DNA of 64,000 nucleotides, taken from assembly GCF_009914755.1 (NCBI RefSeq), contig NC_060929.1; one strand, given 5' to 3'. This stretch comes from the human T2T-CHM13v2.0 reference genome, Homo sapiens. Positions 32,832-48,070 of the stretch are shown here, piece after piece (position 1 is the first letter of the stretch; every line of letters starts with the position of its first letter). The position numbers and the translations under genes were made by a program. Below the pieces are notes generated by a model. That model did not search any database, had not been told where the DNA came from, and saw only the letters and a program-made list of their open reading frames with translations.

Positions 32832-34170
32832 TGATCTATGTCTATTCTTATGCCAGTACCACACTACCAGGACTTGTCAAGCTTAGTAGTAACCTTAGAA
32901 ATCAGCAAGCCTGAGTCCTCCCACTTTTATTTTTTCCCAAGATTGCTTTGGCCGCACTGGGTGTTTTCACTATTAACTTGACAGTGTATTGGATAAACTG
33001 TCAGGACCCAAGACAGGAGGCAGAGGTTTCTTAGAATGTTAACAAACTTTTAAAATTTCGTTGACAGAGTTGGACTAGATGCCAATTTAAGAAATATTTG
33101 TTGATTAACAACTGTATGTGGTAATACAGCACTGTGTTCTGGAATTCCATGACATGAAGTGATGAGCAAAGAGACATCTAAGAGAAGTTCCCAAGGTGAA
33201 AGCCAAGATATTTGGTGACAAAAGAATATAAAAGATAAATAAAATCCAAGGTTTTGAGTTTGGTGATTGAGAGAATACTGTTGATATTGGCAGAATAGAG
33301 ATGTTCAGACGGGAAATAGTGGGGAGTAAAGGATTCTGGAATGAGACATACTGATTTTAGGAATTAACTTGAGCTCAAGGTAGACGGCTCCACAACATAT
33401 TGGAGCTATAGGACTGGCCTCTGTCTGACAGACTGAGGCACACACTAAGCACCACCCGCAATGCAGTGATTGCTTAACCCTAGAAGTGGATTCGCTGCCT
33501 AGGGAGGGAAGCAAGAAAGCAGACGCCCAGAAACAGAGCACTGAGGGCCAAAGGAAAACAGCAAACGGAGTAGAGAGGAAAATAATATGAGGAAGTGAAC
33601 CAGTTAAACAGGACATTACAGAAGCCAAGAGAGCAGAGGGTTTCAGATGGCGAATCAGAAGAGCCAAATATTCCATCTATTAGCTTGATGAATGAGCAGA
33701 AGCTAGGGAGTTAAGAGAGAAGTATAAACAAACAAATTTTTCTCGTTTCCTTCTGAGCTGAAAGCCACCTCTGAGATAATAAAGCTTTCTGGCCAGACAG
33801 AAATATTCAGCTATAAGATGGATTAGCCGTGTGTATTGATTTTGGATGGGAAAAAGGAGATCAGCAGAAAATTTTAGGACTGATGAAATATGTTACATAA
33901 TACGTAGTAAACTTACAGCACTCCTTATCTGAGCAACCCCTAGAAATTGGGAGTTGTTTGTTACCAGAATGAGGTGGCCTGGTGGTGGTTTCAGTGGAGA
34001 ACTGTGTTCTCCAGACCCAAAGTAGGTTCTGGAAGTAACTCAGAAGTTGTCTTGAAATAGGATGGTGAGTTAGTGGGTCGGGGTCCAGGTTCACCATCTC
34101 CATTTCAACAGAGTTCAACTCCTTAAGGAAGAATCTATAATATCTGCTAAATATGTTGTACTTCTCTACA

Positions 34171-34518
34171 TTTTTTTAATTTATTTTTTTATTTTTTGAG
34201 ATAAGGTCTTACACTGTTGCTCAGGCTAAAATACAGTGGTGAGATCACAGCTTACTAGCTTACTGCAGCCTTGAACTTCTTGGCTCAAATGATCCTCCTA
34301 CCTCAGCCTCCTGAGTGGTTAGGACCACAGGCATGTGCTACCATACCTAGCTAATTTTAAAAAAATTAGAAAAAAAATTTTTAAAGAGGCCACTATGATT
34401 TTTGTAATTGTTTCCCTACGTTACCTGGCTGGTCTGAAACTCCTGGCCTCAAGCCATCCTCCCACCTTGGCTTCCCAAAGTGCTGAGGTATTATAAGTGT
34501 GAGCCACCACACCTGGCC
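34171..34518 (-). mobile_element. AluJ (degenerate)
   Basis: Reverse Alu with an internal agcttact duplication. Confidence 0.85.
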
Positions 34519-35794
34519 TACATTTTTGTTTGAAGAAAGGGTCTATGGCTAATATATATAGTTTGAAATACACTAATTAGTGATTCCAATGGGTTCACCA
34601 AAAAGGGAAGGGACTGAGGGGAGGGCTGGAGATACTTCTGATCTTCATGAAAGGCAATCCTACTCTCTTGACTGCACAAGGCATCCTCTTGACCTTGGAA
34701 AGTATTGTATAATACAGTCTATGATTGTACTTTTAGGAAACACAGTATTTTTCATAACAATGCAATTTATATGTTTGTTGTATATATGTTGGAAAACACA
34801 GAAAAACATGAAAAGGAAAATAAAAATGACCTGTTAATTTATTAGTTGCTGTTAACATTTTCGTATATAGCCTTTGAGACTTTTAACTACATAATGTTTA
34901 AACAAAATAAATATGTGAGCTGACCTGCAAATAAGAAGAGGAAAGTCCATGGAAGACAGGAAGTTTTCATGCTCAGAGAGAAGAGCATGGGTAGAGATCA
35001 GCAAGAAATTAGTAGAGAATCTAATAATCCATCCAAAGTATGAAAGCAACCAAGAACCAGTTTGGCTTCTGAAGAGGGAAATGATGTACAAAAGCAATAT
35101 CCCAGAAAGACAGTTCTTAACGATGCATGTACAGCAGACTGGAGTGATATGGTATTGAGTCTACAAAGTCATCACAAAGGCCACCATCATATCCTGGAGG
35201 GCAGGCTGCAGCTGACAAAAGGGTGAAAAAGAGTGAATTCAAGAAGGACTCAATTTGTACTATAAAGCATTTGGGGTGGAAGCCATAGAGAGAACTAATA
35301 ATAATAAAATAGTAATAGCAGCTAATATTTAGCAAACATAATACAGATGAGGCATTGTTTTAAGCACTTGGTGTCTAATTTAATCCTCGTGAAAGTCCCA
35401 TGGATGAATAAACTGAGGCACAGAAAGGTTAAAGGCACATAGCACCATTTGGGTCAATATGAGGAATATGTTTCCACCAGACAGAGCTTCCCCAAGACAG
35501 AAAGAATGAGTTTCCTTGGGAGGATGATTTTCTGGCATTAGAGGTGTGCAAGCAAGGGCTTGGCAGGGTGGTGAGGGAAGCGTGGCACAAACAGCGCTGT
35601 AGGGTGAACGGGAGGGTCTAGAGGCATTTCCTCTCCGAAATGCTGCTCAAGTACAATGAGCTGGACATGATTGGAGAATGGGGCTTAGGAAGACCTACTG
35701 TTGTGACCCTGAAGGAAAGCAGTGCTAGGGATGGTAATGAGGATGGAGGAAAGGGCTGTATCATTGAAGTGGCATCCTACCAGCCCTTCTCCAG

Positions 35795-36000
35795 GAGGCC
35801 ATAGTACACAGTAGCATAGAACATGCACTTTTGGAGCCAGACTGCTTGGGTTTGAATCTCAGCTCCATCACTCACTGGCTGTGTGATCTTGGTGTTAGCT
35901 GGCCTCCCTAGGCCTCAGTTTCAGTATTGTTGTGAGGTCTAAATGCAACGATACATTAAAAATGTCTAGTACTAAGTACAGCATATAGAAAGTGCGCAGT
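35795..36000 (+). mobile_element. MIR
   Basis: ttggagccagactgcttgggtttgaatctcagctcc...tgtgtgatcttgg. Confidence 0.75.
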
Positions 36001-37514
36001 TATTACCACCCGTGCAATCTCAGGCAACTTTTTAAACTTCCCATGCCTCAGATTACTATCTATAAAATTAACATAACAGTAGCAAGTGAGATAAGACATA
36101 TATAGTGCTTAGTAGAATATCTGTTATATTGTTAAGACAATTGCCAACATTAAAGATAATAATATCTAATACTTAAATACTACATGCTTATAAACATAAA
36201 ACACTGCTTTAAGTGTTCTATGTATAACTCATTTAATCCTTGCTCTATGAAACAGATATTAACATCTGTCAATAACTATCACTGAATGGTAGCTATTATC
36301 ATCAGTATAATATAGTTTCATTTTCTTTTACAACCTCTTCTACCCAAGACCTTACAAAGAGGAGGAAAGGAGGCAAAAATCACTATTATATCAGAAAAAC
36401 AAAATAAAACCAAACAAAAAAACAACCAAAGTCACTTCTCTGGTGTGGATTTAGAAAGGGTCTATATTTGTTCCCCCATTTATGTTCCAGAATTTAAAGA
36501 GGGTTGGGGTAAAAAGGATTTATGTGTAGAAGCTGTAATTTACCACTTTTAGTCTGTAGCCCCTTTTCTGTCCGGTTTGTTTGGCCTGCCATTCATTTCT
36601 ACTGAGTTCTATTTGTTTTTTATCATTTCACAATTTATGAAGATCAGCAAAATTTCATTCTTCGCCAATAACCCATCTGACTTTCCCTGCCAGTGTGATG
36701 CCACCTTCACTTAATGATGTATGCATATTTACTTACAGTAAAACTTACTCACTTGGGCTAAGTGAGAAAAACACCCCAGCTGTCCCAGAAATTTGGTTCT
36801 TGAGGAGTTTTCTAAACTGGAAATTCTGTCGAGTATGTTTTTAATGTACAGGCAAGATTTAGGTTTAATTAGCAACTATCTTCAACTTTTGTACTTAAAA
36901 GTTCCTAAAAGTAGCTTGTTTATTTATTATGTAAATCAAATGTGTCTCTTAAAGCTTATTTACGCTAAAGTTCAGTTTATACTAAACATCTGATTGGCTG
37001 ACCACTTCTTTATGGCTCACTCTAACAAAAGTTCAAAGGATCTCAAACTGAAAGTGAGGTTCAAGTCATTAAGGTCCTTCATGTGCCAGCTAGTCAGAGA
37101 CCCAGAGCCCGTGAGTCCCCCTCCCAGATCAGCGCACCCAGGCCGCATCTGAGCGACTGCGCTGGTGCACATGTGGCTCAAATCTCCAGTCTGCTCATGG
37201 TTTTGAATGTCCCAACAACTGCAGGCTTTGGCCAAGGCCACCCTCTCATCTCGCTGTGTGGTAAGGGCTTACATATCCAGACGTGCATGTATGCACTGTT
37301 GTCTAGATTTTTGTTTTTAAAAATAATCGTGGACCTAAAAATAGTTTCTTCCTAAAATTAATTCCCTAAAATACACTGACTAGAAGCCCCACACTCTGAA
37401 CTGATGCTTTAGTGAACCTCTTTGCTTAATTTTTGAAGATGAAAAAAGCCCCTAACAGCTGGGAAGTGGGGCTGTGCACAGCTGTTTTGGATGGCGCAGT
37501 GGTATGCCGTATGC

Positions 37515-38046
37515 CAGGCGTGTCCAATCTTCTGGCTTCCTTGAGCCACACTGGAAGAAGAAGAATTGTCTTGGGCCACACATAAAATACACTAACACTA
37601 ATGACAGCTGATGAGCTAAAAAAAAAAAGAAATTGCAAGAAAACTCATAATGTTTTAAGAAAGCTTATGAATTTTCAGAAAGTTTACAGGCATGGTGGCT
37701 CACGCCTGTAATCCCAGCACTTTGGGAGGCTGAGGCGGGCAGATCACTTGAGGCCAGGAGTTCGAGACCAGCCGGGCCACTGTGGTAAAACCCCATCTCT
37801 ACTAAAAATACAAAAATTAGCCAGGTGTGACGGTGCATGCCTGTAATCCCAGCTACTCAGGAGGCTGAGGCATGAGAAGCACTTGAACCCAGGAGGTGGA
37901 GGTTGCAGCGAGCCGAGATCGCATCACTGTACTCCAGCCTGGACGACAGAGTGAGAATCTGTCGCAAAAAAAAAAAAAAAAAGTTACGCATTCAAGGCCA
38001 TCCTGGGCCACGTGCAGCCCGTGGGCCATGGGTTTGAATAAGCTTG
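37515..38046 (+). mobile_element. MER30 hAT-Charlie MITE interrupted by an Alu
   Basis: cagg.gtgtccaatctt...gaagaagaagaattgtcttgggccacac...aagcttg; 8-bp TSD ccgtatgc/ccctatgc. Confidence 0.9.
37689..37982 (+). mobile_element. AluS inside MER30
   Basis: Dimer with poly(A), flanked by aaagt(t)tac. Confidence 0.94.
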
Positions 38047-40494
38047 CCCTATGCCATCACTCTAGTTCTGAAAAGTAACTCAGAGAAATCAATCACTGGC
38101 ATTTCAATAGCCTTTAGAACAAGCTCTTTTTCTTATCTTATAAAGTCATTTAACCACTCTGAGTTCCTGTTTCCTTGTATGCAAAAATGAGAACCAAAAT
38201 ACTACCTAAATAGAATGAGTGTGAAGAGGAAATAAGATTCTACACGTAGTGAGCATTCTGTGCACCATAAGTGCACGGATTCTGGGTACAGGTCTCTTGA
38301 ATTTCCACGGTGGTCGCCATAAGCCCAGGCAAATAGGTAAAACCAACTGACCAACTGAAAGAAATCATTTCAATATATGTTGAACCTATGGCCTCTGACT
38401 GACAGCTGTCAAGTCAAGGTGTGACCAACTGCTCAACCCTCTTATGACTGTGAGATCTGAACCAGCTGCAAAGGGAACGAGGTATTGTTAGAAAATTATG
38501 TGGGGAATATGTGGTAACATTTTCCCCACATAACCTGTAGTGGTATGCCACACTACAGGTCTGGCCAGAATTGTAAAAACAGAGTGCAATAGAACAGAGA
38601 TTCCCAATTCTGGTTCTGCCTTGGGGTCACTGGAGCCTACAGTCCCTTTCATACCTGTCTTTGGTTCCCTTAGTCTAGCCCAGCTGAGCCCTGGCCTAAC
38701 ATAGGCTGCCTGAAATTACCATCTTCAGCAGCATCTGTTGCACTTATGATGGTCTTTGCACAGCTATTGCCCTAGGACAGTCCCACACAGGACTTCCTGC
38801 CTCACCAGGTAGCCCATGTCATGGATGGTCAGCTGGAGCAATTTGAAAGATCTCAAATGTGCCTCCTATAGTATCCATCCTATTATTTTCATGCTGCCTG
38901 CAGTGGGCACCTAGGAGACATTCAACTCCCACTCCTTAGAAGACAACGCTCTTTTTCCCACCTCCACACTTACCTTACACATAGTGGGGACAGGGAGGAG
39001 CAGGAAGTTTCTACTCTAATTGGCATTTTTATTTAAAATAGATTTTATAGCTAAATCAAATGTTTATGAGCATGGATGTACGCAGTTGGTCAGTGAATTT
39101 CAGAATGGAAGAAACAAAAAGATGTCTTCCCAACTGCTCGGGAATCAGAGTCTGGAAAGCAAGAGTAAGGAGACAGCAGAGAGCTGAGAAGTGTCTTGAT
39201 CCTGTGGCCATGGTCCCCCCAAACTAAATTGATTTACTTCGTCAACAAATACTTCTTGAACTAGTCCTAGTTGCTGGGCACACAGCCAGGTGGAGGAAGG
39301 CAAGGAGACAAGCAGTGATGATCAATTTTGATGGGTGTTGTGGCTAGGGATGGGGGCTCTAGGAAGGCAAGGTGGGGACCTTGATTAGTCTAGGGAAAGG
39401 AGAAGATCTCCCTGAAGAAGTGATGTCTCAGATGAAACTGGAAGGCTGAATTGGCATTAGAAAGATTTCAATTTTTATTATTTTTTTTTTGAGGCGATGA
39501 GGCAAGTATGCGTGTGCTGGGGGCAGCATGGGAGGAAAGTGGAAAAGGAGAATAGTGATCTGGGCAGAGGCACAAAGCAACGTAGTACATTCTGTAGAGC
39601 CCGTACATTTAGGCCCCAGAAATTCTCAAGTTATATGGTTTCTGCTGCAACCTTAACTTGAGCATAAACATTTCTTTAGGCATTTCCAAATATCTAACCA
39701 CACTGCTGGAATCAATCTCATCCTGTAGGAGTCTGCTTCTCAGGCTTACTATAAGCTGGGTATAGGTGCTGTAGTGGATTCTAAATTTGCTTGCTATTGA
39801 TTTTATGAACTGATTTCTCATTCCTGGGCTTGCGGCTCTGTTAAAAAACAAAACAAAACCCACCAGGGTTCTTGGCTCAAAAGGGCAATTCTAATTCATA
39901 TATCATTTTGGAAAAAAAAACACACAGAATGAATTCAATAGTCTTCAAGTGCACAAACATGAAATAAAATAAAAACATCCAGTGTTTATTGAGGCCAGTG
40001 AACTAACACTGAGTAGTAAGAGGGGAGGGTGTGTCCTAGTGTAGAAGCAAGAGTAAATGTGACCTGTCCTGAAATAGGAGCCTAAAGAATCTAACACAAG
40101 GCAAAGAAGACAGGACCGATAAGGGAGGCAAAAAGAAAACAGAAAACAAAGAAGAGAGGTGGGGTTGGGGAGAAAGGCAAAGGGAGAGGTGATAGGAAGG
40201 AGGAGGAGGGAGAGGAGGAAGAATGTTTTATCAGGCAGGATATTCGGGGAGTATTTACAAGCCAATTTTTTCTTTTTACCCTGTCTGTCTCACTGCTTGT
40301 CCAACTTTTCCAAAATTAGGTGAGGCCACTGGGGTGAGAGGGATAGAGTGAAGCTCAGAGTAACTAAGGCTCAAGCATCATTTAACGCCTGACTGTCATA
40401 GGCACTTACTAAACATGTGCTGTTCTGTTTTCCAGTTGTCCAGGCTGCCTCTTCACTTTTACCAGAGCTAATTAATAGCAGTATTAGCAGCAAG

Positions 40495-40720
40495 ATTGAG
40501 ATCCCTGGCTTTGGAGCCAGACTAAATGGGCCAGCTCTCCTACTTCATAACTCTGTAACCATGGGCATTTTACTTAGCCTCTGTTTTCTAGCTGATAAAA
40601 TCAGTAAGTGCCTCAGAGATTTTTTTGGGAGAATTAAATGAGATAGTACATTGAAAGCCCATAATAGGGTCCCTGGCAGAGAGTAAGCTCTCAATAAATG
40701 TTAGCTATTATTGTTATCAT
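40495..40720 (+). mobile_element. MIR
   Basis: ggctttggagccagac...gagaattaaatgagata...ctcaataaatgttagctatt. Confidence 0.75.
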
Positions 40721-42157
40721 CATCATATAGTAGTTATTGAAATTACACAGTTAAGGCAGTGGTTTTCAAACTTTTAAGGACAAAATCTTCCTCCCAAACA
40801 AACTCTATGCAGCTGCCCAGCAGAGGTGGCCAATGTCCACCTTGGTTCATCTTTGGGAGTCTCCAGAGGTCCCTCCAGCTCCATGGACCCTAGGGGGATG
40901 CTGGTGGCCTAGGGCACTCTGCTGGATGCCCCCATGTGGGTGCAGGTACATGTGGGGAGTGAGGGGGCCTGGGAGCCACACCAGCTTTGGGGAGGAGGGG
41001 GCTGGCTTGTGGGTCTAGATTATAGACCTTTCACAGGCACTGTGCCTTTCACAGGCACTGCCACCCCTCGGGGCCTGTGCAGCTCTGCCAGCGTGTACCA
41101 AAGAAGAGTAAAATAGGGAGGCCTGACCACCATTAAATACTTCCCTCATTTCTGAACTTGAACCTGGTTGCTGCAAGTTTTCTGTTAGACCCTCACTACT
41201 TACTTAGAATCCTGTCTGTCCTTGGAGAAATTCTTACAACACGAAACAGGAGTGTTGGGAAAAATATGCCAGACATGAAGCTAATCAGAAAAAGGTGAGG
41301 AGGAATATTGCAGATGTTATTTATTACCTACAGGGGACAAATTAAAATGCTCATAATTTTTATATATGCACTCCACATGACGTATTTCAAATGAATCTTA
41401 AGTTTATGATTTTCAGTTTACAAAGTCAATTTCTCTGACACCTACTCACTCAGTTCATATCTGATATTTTAAAAGTCCTAGTGAAAAAAGAGCTTTGATG
41501 TGGCTTACTCAGCCTAGACAGAGTTCAAATGTTAATCATTATTGCATTGTGCATAGTAAGTATTCAGAGAATGTGCTGGTGTTACAGGGAACTTCAACAA
41601 TTGGTTAAGGTCTGACATCAGCCAGCAGTGTTGATTGAGCAGTGTAAACCAAAAATGACAGAAAACAACCATTCAATGAATCCTCAACTCATGACCGTTG
41701 TAGTAAATTAAGCCACCTATACCTGAAATAGGTTGACAAGAGCTCTTCTCATGCTTTGGTTTAAATTTGAGTCTTGAAAAAATAACTTATTTCATATTAT
41801 TCATTTACTTACTAAACAAATACCTATGTTGTTGATCACTATATGTGTTAGACACTAAATCTTCAGAATGAATAAGCTGGAGTTCAGCAGGTAATAATAA
41901 AATAATTTTGTTTAACCACCATAAATTCTAAAATAGTGGAATAAACATTTGTTGCCTGAATAAATAAAACGCACAAAGTGCTAGGAGATTCCAAAAGACA
42001 TACCAATTCCCCAGGAGGATCCAGGAAGAGCCCTATGGATAGGCCAATGCAATAGGTAAAGAAAGAGTGACAAATATGATCAAGGCAGAAGGAGGGTCTC
42101 TCTTTTTGAAATTTTCTTCTTTCTAAGGTGTCCTTCCCCTTTTCAGTCTCTAAGTGA

Positions 42158-42848
<691 letters not shown>

Positions 42849-45622
42849 TCTACCTGCCATTCTTTTCAGCCTCATTTGCTTATTCTTTTTTCACTGTTCA
42901 TCTCTTCAATGTTTTCGTTCCTCTAGTTTCCATGCCCAACATTTCGCTGGGTATTCTAGACTCCAGAATCTTATCTCTAACCCAGACTGTTGTTTTGTGT
43001 ATCCAACCATAGTGCCTCTAGCCCAGGTGAACCTGCACAGTAACAAAGCCCAGCCTTCTCACTTCCTTCTCACATCATTCCTTCGATGGTGCTCCACTCC
43101 TGTATTTCACATAGGGATATTGACATCCATCTGCTGGCCTTGGCCATCAAAACAGGTTCAACCTCTTCAGCTTGTCTCTCCCTGTATCCACCATGGACAA
43201 TAGCTTACCTACTCTCTCTGGCTCCATCACCTTTCTGCTGCCCCCGTGAGCCATCCTGCTTTTTGGGGTAAGGGTAGGAATCACAGAGATCCTGTATATT
43301 CAGCTGCCCCTAAGATAGCTTTATGGGTAACCCCTCTCTAATGTCCGATGTGCACTGCCAAGTCCTGGACTCTCAAACTGGGTGCCTTGTCTCCACTTCT
43401 TCTGGCTGTATTTAAGGTGGAAAAAATATATGGACTGAGAAAAGAACAGGGAGGAGGATGGAATTCTGGAAAGAAACACCATTTGAAAGGCAAAGCATAG
43501 GGGAAGGGGCCTCTAAAAGGCTGAGAAGGAGGAGTTAGACTAGAAGAAGGCCTCAGAAGCCAGGGGAAATACTCCATGGAGAAAATGGTTAATGTCAAAG
43601 AGAGGGAAAGTATGAGAAAGCAGGAAAGGAGATAACTGGATTTGGCAACAGGATGTTATAGATGATGTGGAGACAGAAAATGCACTGAGCTTTTAACATA
43701 TAATGGCCATAATAAACATGAACTTGCGGATCTGATGAGCTGGTAACAACAAAGATAAGATTGGAAGAAAAGCAAGTATTTTTTTCTAATCATCCTCCAA
43801 TTAAAGTGACAACAGACAGCCATCTCCAGTTCTGGCACCAGCAGATGCTAATCGAATACAGAACTAGGGCCACCATTGAATTCACATTTTTGGTCTGTCT
43901 CTGTCTAAATACACGTTTTTTTAAGTAATTGGTAGAGTCTGTCAACAAATGGTTATAAATAGGCATTGTGTGTAAAAAAAAAAAAAAAAAGGGAAACTAA
44001 ACCCAAAATATTCCTCTTCAGCCTGTGATTATGATGATGAGCATGGCCCAGGCTGAGTCTCTGGCAAGGGATGAAAGGAGAAAGACCCCCCCGCCCCCTA
44101 CATGGCATTTAGTGCAATCCCAACCACAAAGCCTCACCATCCAAAACGCCTTGCTGAAGGCTGAGCTCACCCTGTGTTGTACGGTTCATATTCCGGTGTG
44201 CAGGAAAGACGTGTCTAGGCTCTGAGCACAGTTTTGGATAAGGATGAAATAATGTTCATTTAATACTTAATTTGGAAAAAGGGCCCTGCCCACGGAATCA
44301 GCCTTTTAATGGCTGTCAGGTGGGCCTGCCCCCTCCGGGAAGCTTGGTGATGCCATCCCTCCTGACCCCAGGAGCCCATACTGGGGTAGCAGTGGCAACA
44401 ATTACAGTGCAGAAAACTGAAGCTGGCTGGTGTTCTTCCAAGGGCAGCCCTCCACAACATTGCTGTCCATGGCCCAAACCCAGGCATGTTACACAAACCC
44501 TGTAGTCACTGACATGAGGGCCACTAGGTGATGCTTGCCAAAGGTAAAAAAGCAAACATTTGAGACAACTCTTTCCAGCCTCCTCTAGTTCTTGACAGCA
44601 GCCCCCGAAAGTAAGGACGTTTTATATTTTGAGAAGTTATCAGGGTTTCACATGAACTGGGATTCAGAACACAATTTCTCTTTCCAATGAAAACTGGAAA
44701 CACATCTGAGACAGTAAGCAAAGACGGTTTCTTAGCTCTGCAATTGACTTAGAATGAAATATGAAGGAGGTGCCACCCAGCTCTTCAGAGCAGCTTTGAA
44801 AAGGTCCAGCTTCAGAGGGCACCCGCCTCAAGTGCTCAAGAATCTGTAGATGCAGATTTGAATTTGGCAGCTTGGTTATGAAGCTCAACAGACAGACATT
44901 CTGAGATTGCTGAAGCCTCAGTCCTCTCTCAACCCATGTTAACTTTCACATCCATAATCCCAGCATGCTTCCTGAGAAATGCCAACCGTTAGACACTTTA
45001 GCCACATTCATGAAGTGACTCACTTGAGGGGCAGGATCTGAAGCTGTGCTGGCTAGCCGAGTCTGGAGAGAGACTCCCTCCCTAACAGTCAGTTTGTCTC
45101 TTTTCCTTCCCCTGATGCTGGTGCTCACCTACTCACATGAAGGATGATGTGTACGGCAAAATCCTACTTCTGAACCCGCATACGGAAAACCAATTAAGAC
45201 GGGGAGAAAAATGAAACAGAACTGTATTTCCCATCTGACTCAAACAAGAATGTTTAGAATCAGGCAGATTTAGAAATAGAATGCAGGAGCCTGCTATCAT
45301 AGTAGAGGCTCATTTTACTAGAGGATGGTACCCTACAAAGGTGTAGGTGAGCAGAACCCCACAGAGTCAAGGCAGATTTTGAAGCTTTGGCTGGTTGATC
45401 TGATGCCCTCTCCTGGCTCTCATAGGGTTTGGCAGATGAAAAATCTGGATAGAAGGGAAAATTGGAAAGACAGAGCCCCAGGGCAACACCCCTACACCTT
45501 GCGACCAACCTCTTTCTTGGGGAAAGAAGGATTGTGAATGAAAAAGTGGGAATATTTGTAAGCAAACAATCTGTGACAAACCCAGAGTTGGCTTTCTGAA
45601 TGAGCAAGAGAAGCAAAGTAGC

Positions 45623-46078
<456 letters not shown>

Positions 46079-47179
46079 TTACAGGGGGTTATACATTAAA
46101 ATAACAATAATAACAAATCAACAAGAATTTTTTGAGCATCTGCCATGTTTAAGAAACTGTATAAGGTGTCACAGGAATTACAGAAAAACATTAAATTAAT
46201 TAATAATTTTTTGGAGGGTGTGCAAGGTACTGTTTTAGATACCAGGAAAAGTATCTCTACTTAAGAAGCTTAGAATGAATTGGGAGAATAAATGTCAATA
46301 AAAGGCAATACATGATAAATGCCAAAGGAGTGGTAAGACACAAGTTAATTTAAGCATTAATTACTTTGAAGAGTAAGCACTACAGAACTCCAGAGATGGA
46401 AAGTCTATTTCTGGTTGGTTGGAGGGGAGACTTCCCAGAGAAGGTGAGACTTAGGGGATGAAGGCTTGCACTAAAACATCAGTAGGATTCAGAGAGGAGG
46501 ATGAGCAGGAACAGGACATCCCAGGCAGAGTGTGGAAGAGTACAAGGTGAGAATTCACCAAGTTTGTTTGGACTCTGGATAGTTGAGCACCCTGGCTGGC
46601 TTGAGGAGGACAAAGTAAGAATTGTTAGGAAAAGATGGGTTGCGTTAGTACCTCCAACATATAGAAGTTAGAACTTTATTCAGTAGGTACTTGGAAGCAA
46701 GTAAAATTTTTTTTTAGCAGGGATGAAAGGCCTGTTTTAGAAAGACACATCTCCATGTTCATTATACTCTGATTACTAATTAAGTTTCTAGGATGACCTG
46801 ATAGTACAAAAAAGTTGCTCTATACAACAGCCAGGAATAACTCTGTCACTGGAAGGGGATAGTCTACATTGTAAATACGTACCTTAGCATTCTGTATCAG
46901 AGCAGAAAGAAACCAATTGAAGAGCCTAGTCGGGGAAGTACTGAACCAGTCCAGGGTTGGATTGGTCAAGTAAGTCTAGACGATGAATAGAGCAGGAAAA
47001 AGGACTGCTAGGTCTGGAATGGCATCACTGGAAGAACACGTGAGAGATGTTGTTTTTGGAGGAAGATGAATTGCATGACATTAGCAATTGAACGTGTAGG
47101 TTTAGAAGTGCTGATGGATTTGCCACAGGTGCACTCTCACTCACACTCCTCAGCACGCTAGGAATAAAACTGAAACTGC

Positions 47180-47565
47180 AACATGGCCCACAGTGTCTGC
47201 GTCATCTGCCCTGTCTCCTTCTTGGGATCACACTCTGACCACATTTCTCGGCCTCCCTTGCAGTTGGGTGTGTGCTGGCGGAATGTGAGTGCGGTTGGGA
47301 GCACCACTTCCAGGCAGGCCTGGGCCCAGAAAACCCTCTCATGCACAGCCTTCCATGCAGAGAAGCACGCTGGCCTTGGCAGGTCATTAAAAATGGCAGA
47401 GCTGCAAAATGAAAGGAGCTGTGGTCTCCAAGACACTGCTTTGAACAGGGATATCTAACTGCTCAGGAATATCTAGTTTGCACTTCTGCAAATGAGAAAT
47501 AAATGTCTATACTGTTCGAATGTCAGTTTTGGTTTGTTCCAGCAGCCAGCGTTATCTTAACTAAT
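47180..47565 (+). mobile_element. Old MLT1-like LTR fragment
   Basis: cacatttctcggcctcccttgcagttgggtg...atgagaaataaat...tcttaactaat. Confidence 0.55.
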
Positions 47566-47569
47566 CTGT

Positions 47570-48070
47570 CATTCTCCCAGTCTCATCTCACCCCACTGCT
47601 CTCACTGTGTATGTTCCAACCACACTGGTTTCCTTCAGTTCTTTGGGCACACGAAGCTCTGTTCATCCAGTCTAGCCCTTCCCTGCTGCAAAGGTCTTTG
47701 TGTTAGCTCTTTCCTCTACCTGGAGCACTTTCTACAACTCCTTGCCTGATAACTCCTTTTCCAGGTCTCAGATCAAATAACACTTCCTCAGAGCAGATAT
47801 TTTTTGACCTCCCAAATTAAATCAGGGCAACCCCTGTTCATCTTCCATAACACGTCTTACAATTTATCATTATATATTCATTTAATATATTTAATATTAT
47901 TTAAATTATATTTGTTAAATTAAATTAAATATATTTAATACATGTCTCCCTAGAAAAGTATATGATCCAAAAAAAGCAGGGATCATGACTCTTGTTCACC
48001 AGTGTACTGTTCATTCAGCACCTAGCACCGTGTGGGTGTTTGAGAAATATTATGGAATAAATGAATGAAC
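47570..48070 (+). mobile_element. L2 3' end
   Basis: ccacactggtttcctt...ggtctcagatcaaat...cttgttcacc...cagcacctagcac...gaataaatgaatgaa. Confidence 0.75.

Larger units (their letters stand above)
31555..32960 (-). mobile_element. L1MB-like 3' region interrupted by two Alus
   Basis: ccagccctaggcaacc...cctattctggacattt; IDQWNGIESPEINPHAYGQL ORF2 motif. Confidence 0.85.

Noticed and set aside
44519-44538. CTCF-like GGCCACTAGGTGATGC
   Set aside because: Mismatches in the GGCGC part of the core; not supportable without a PWM scan or ChIP data.
47870-47942. AT-rich imperfect inverted repeat
   Set aside because: Low-complexity expansion within L2; symmetry expected from composition.
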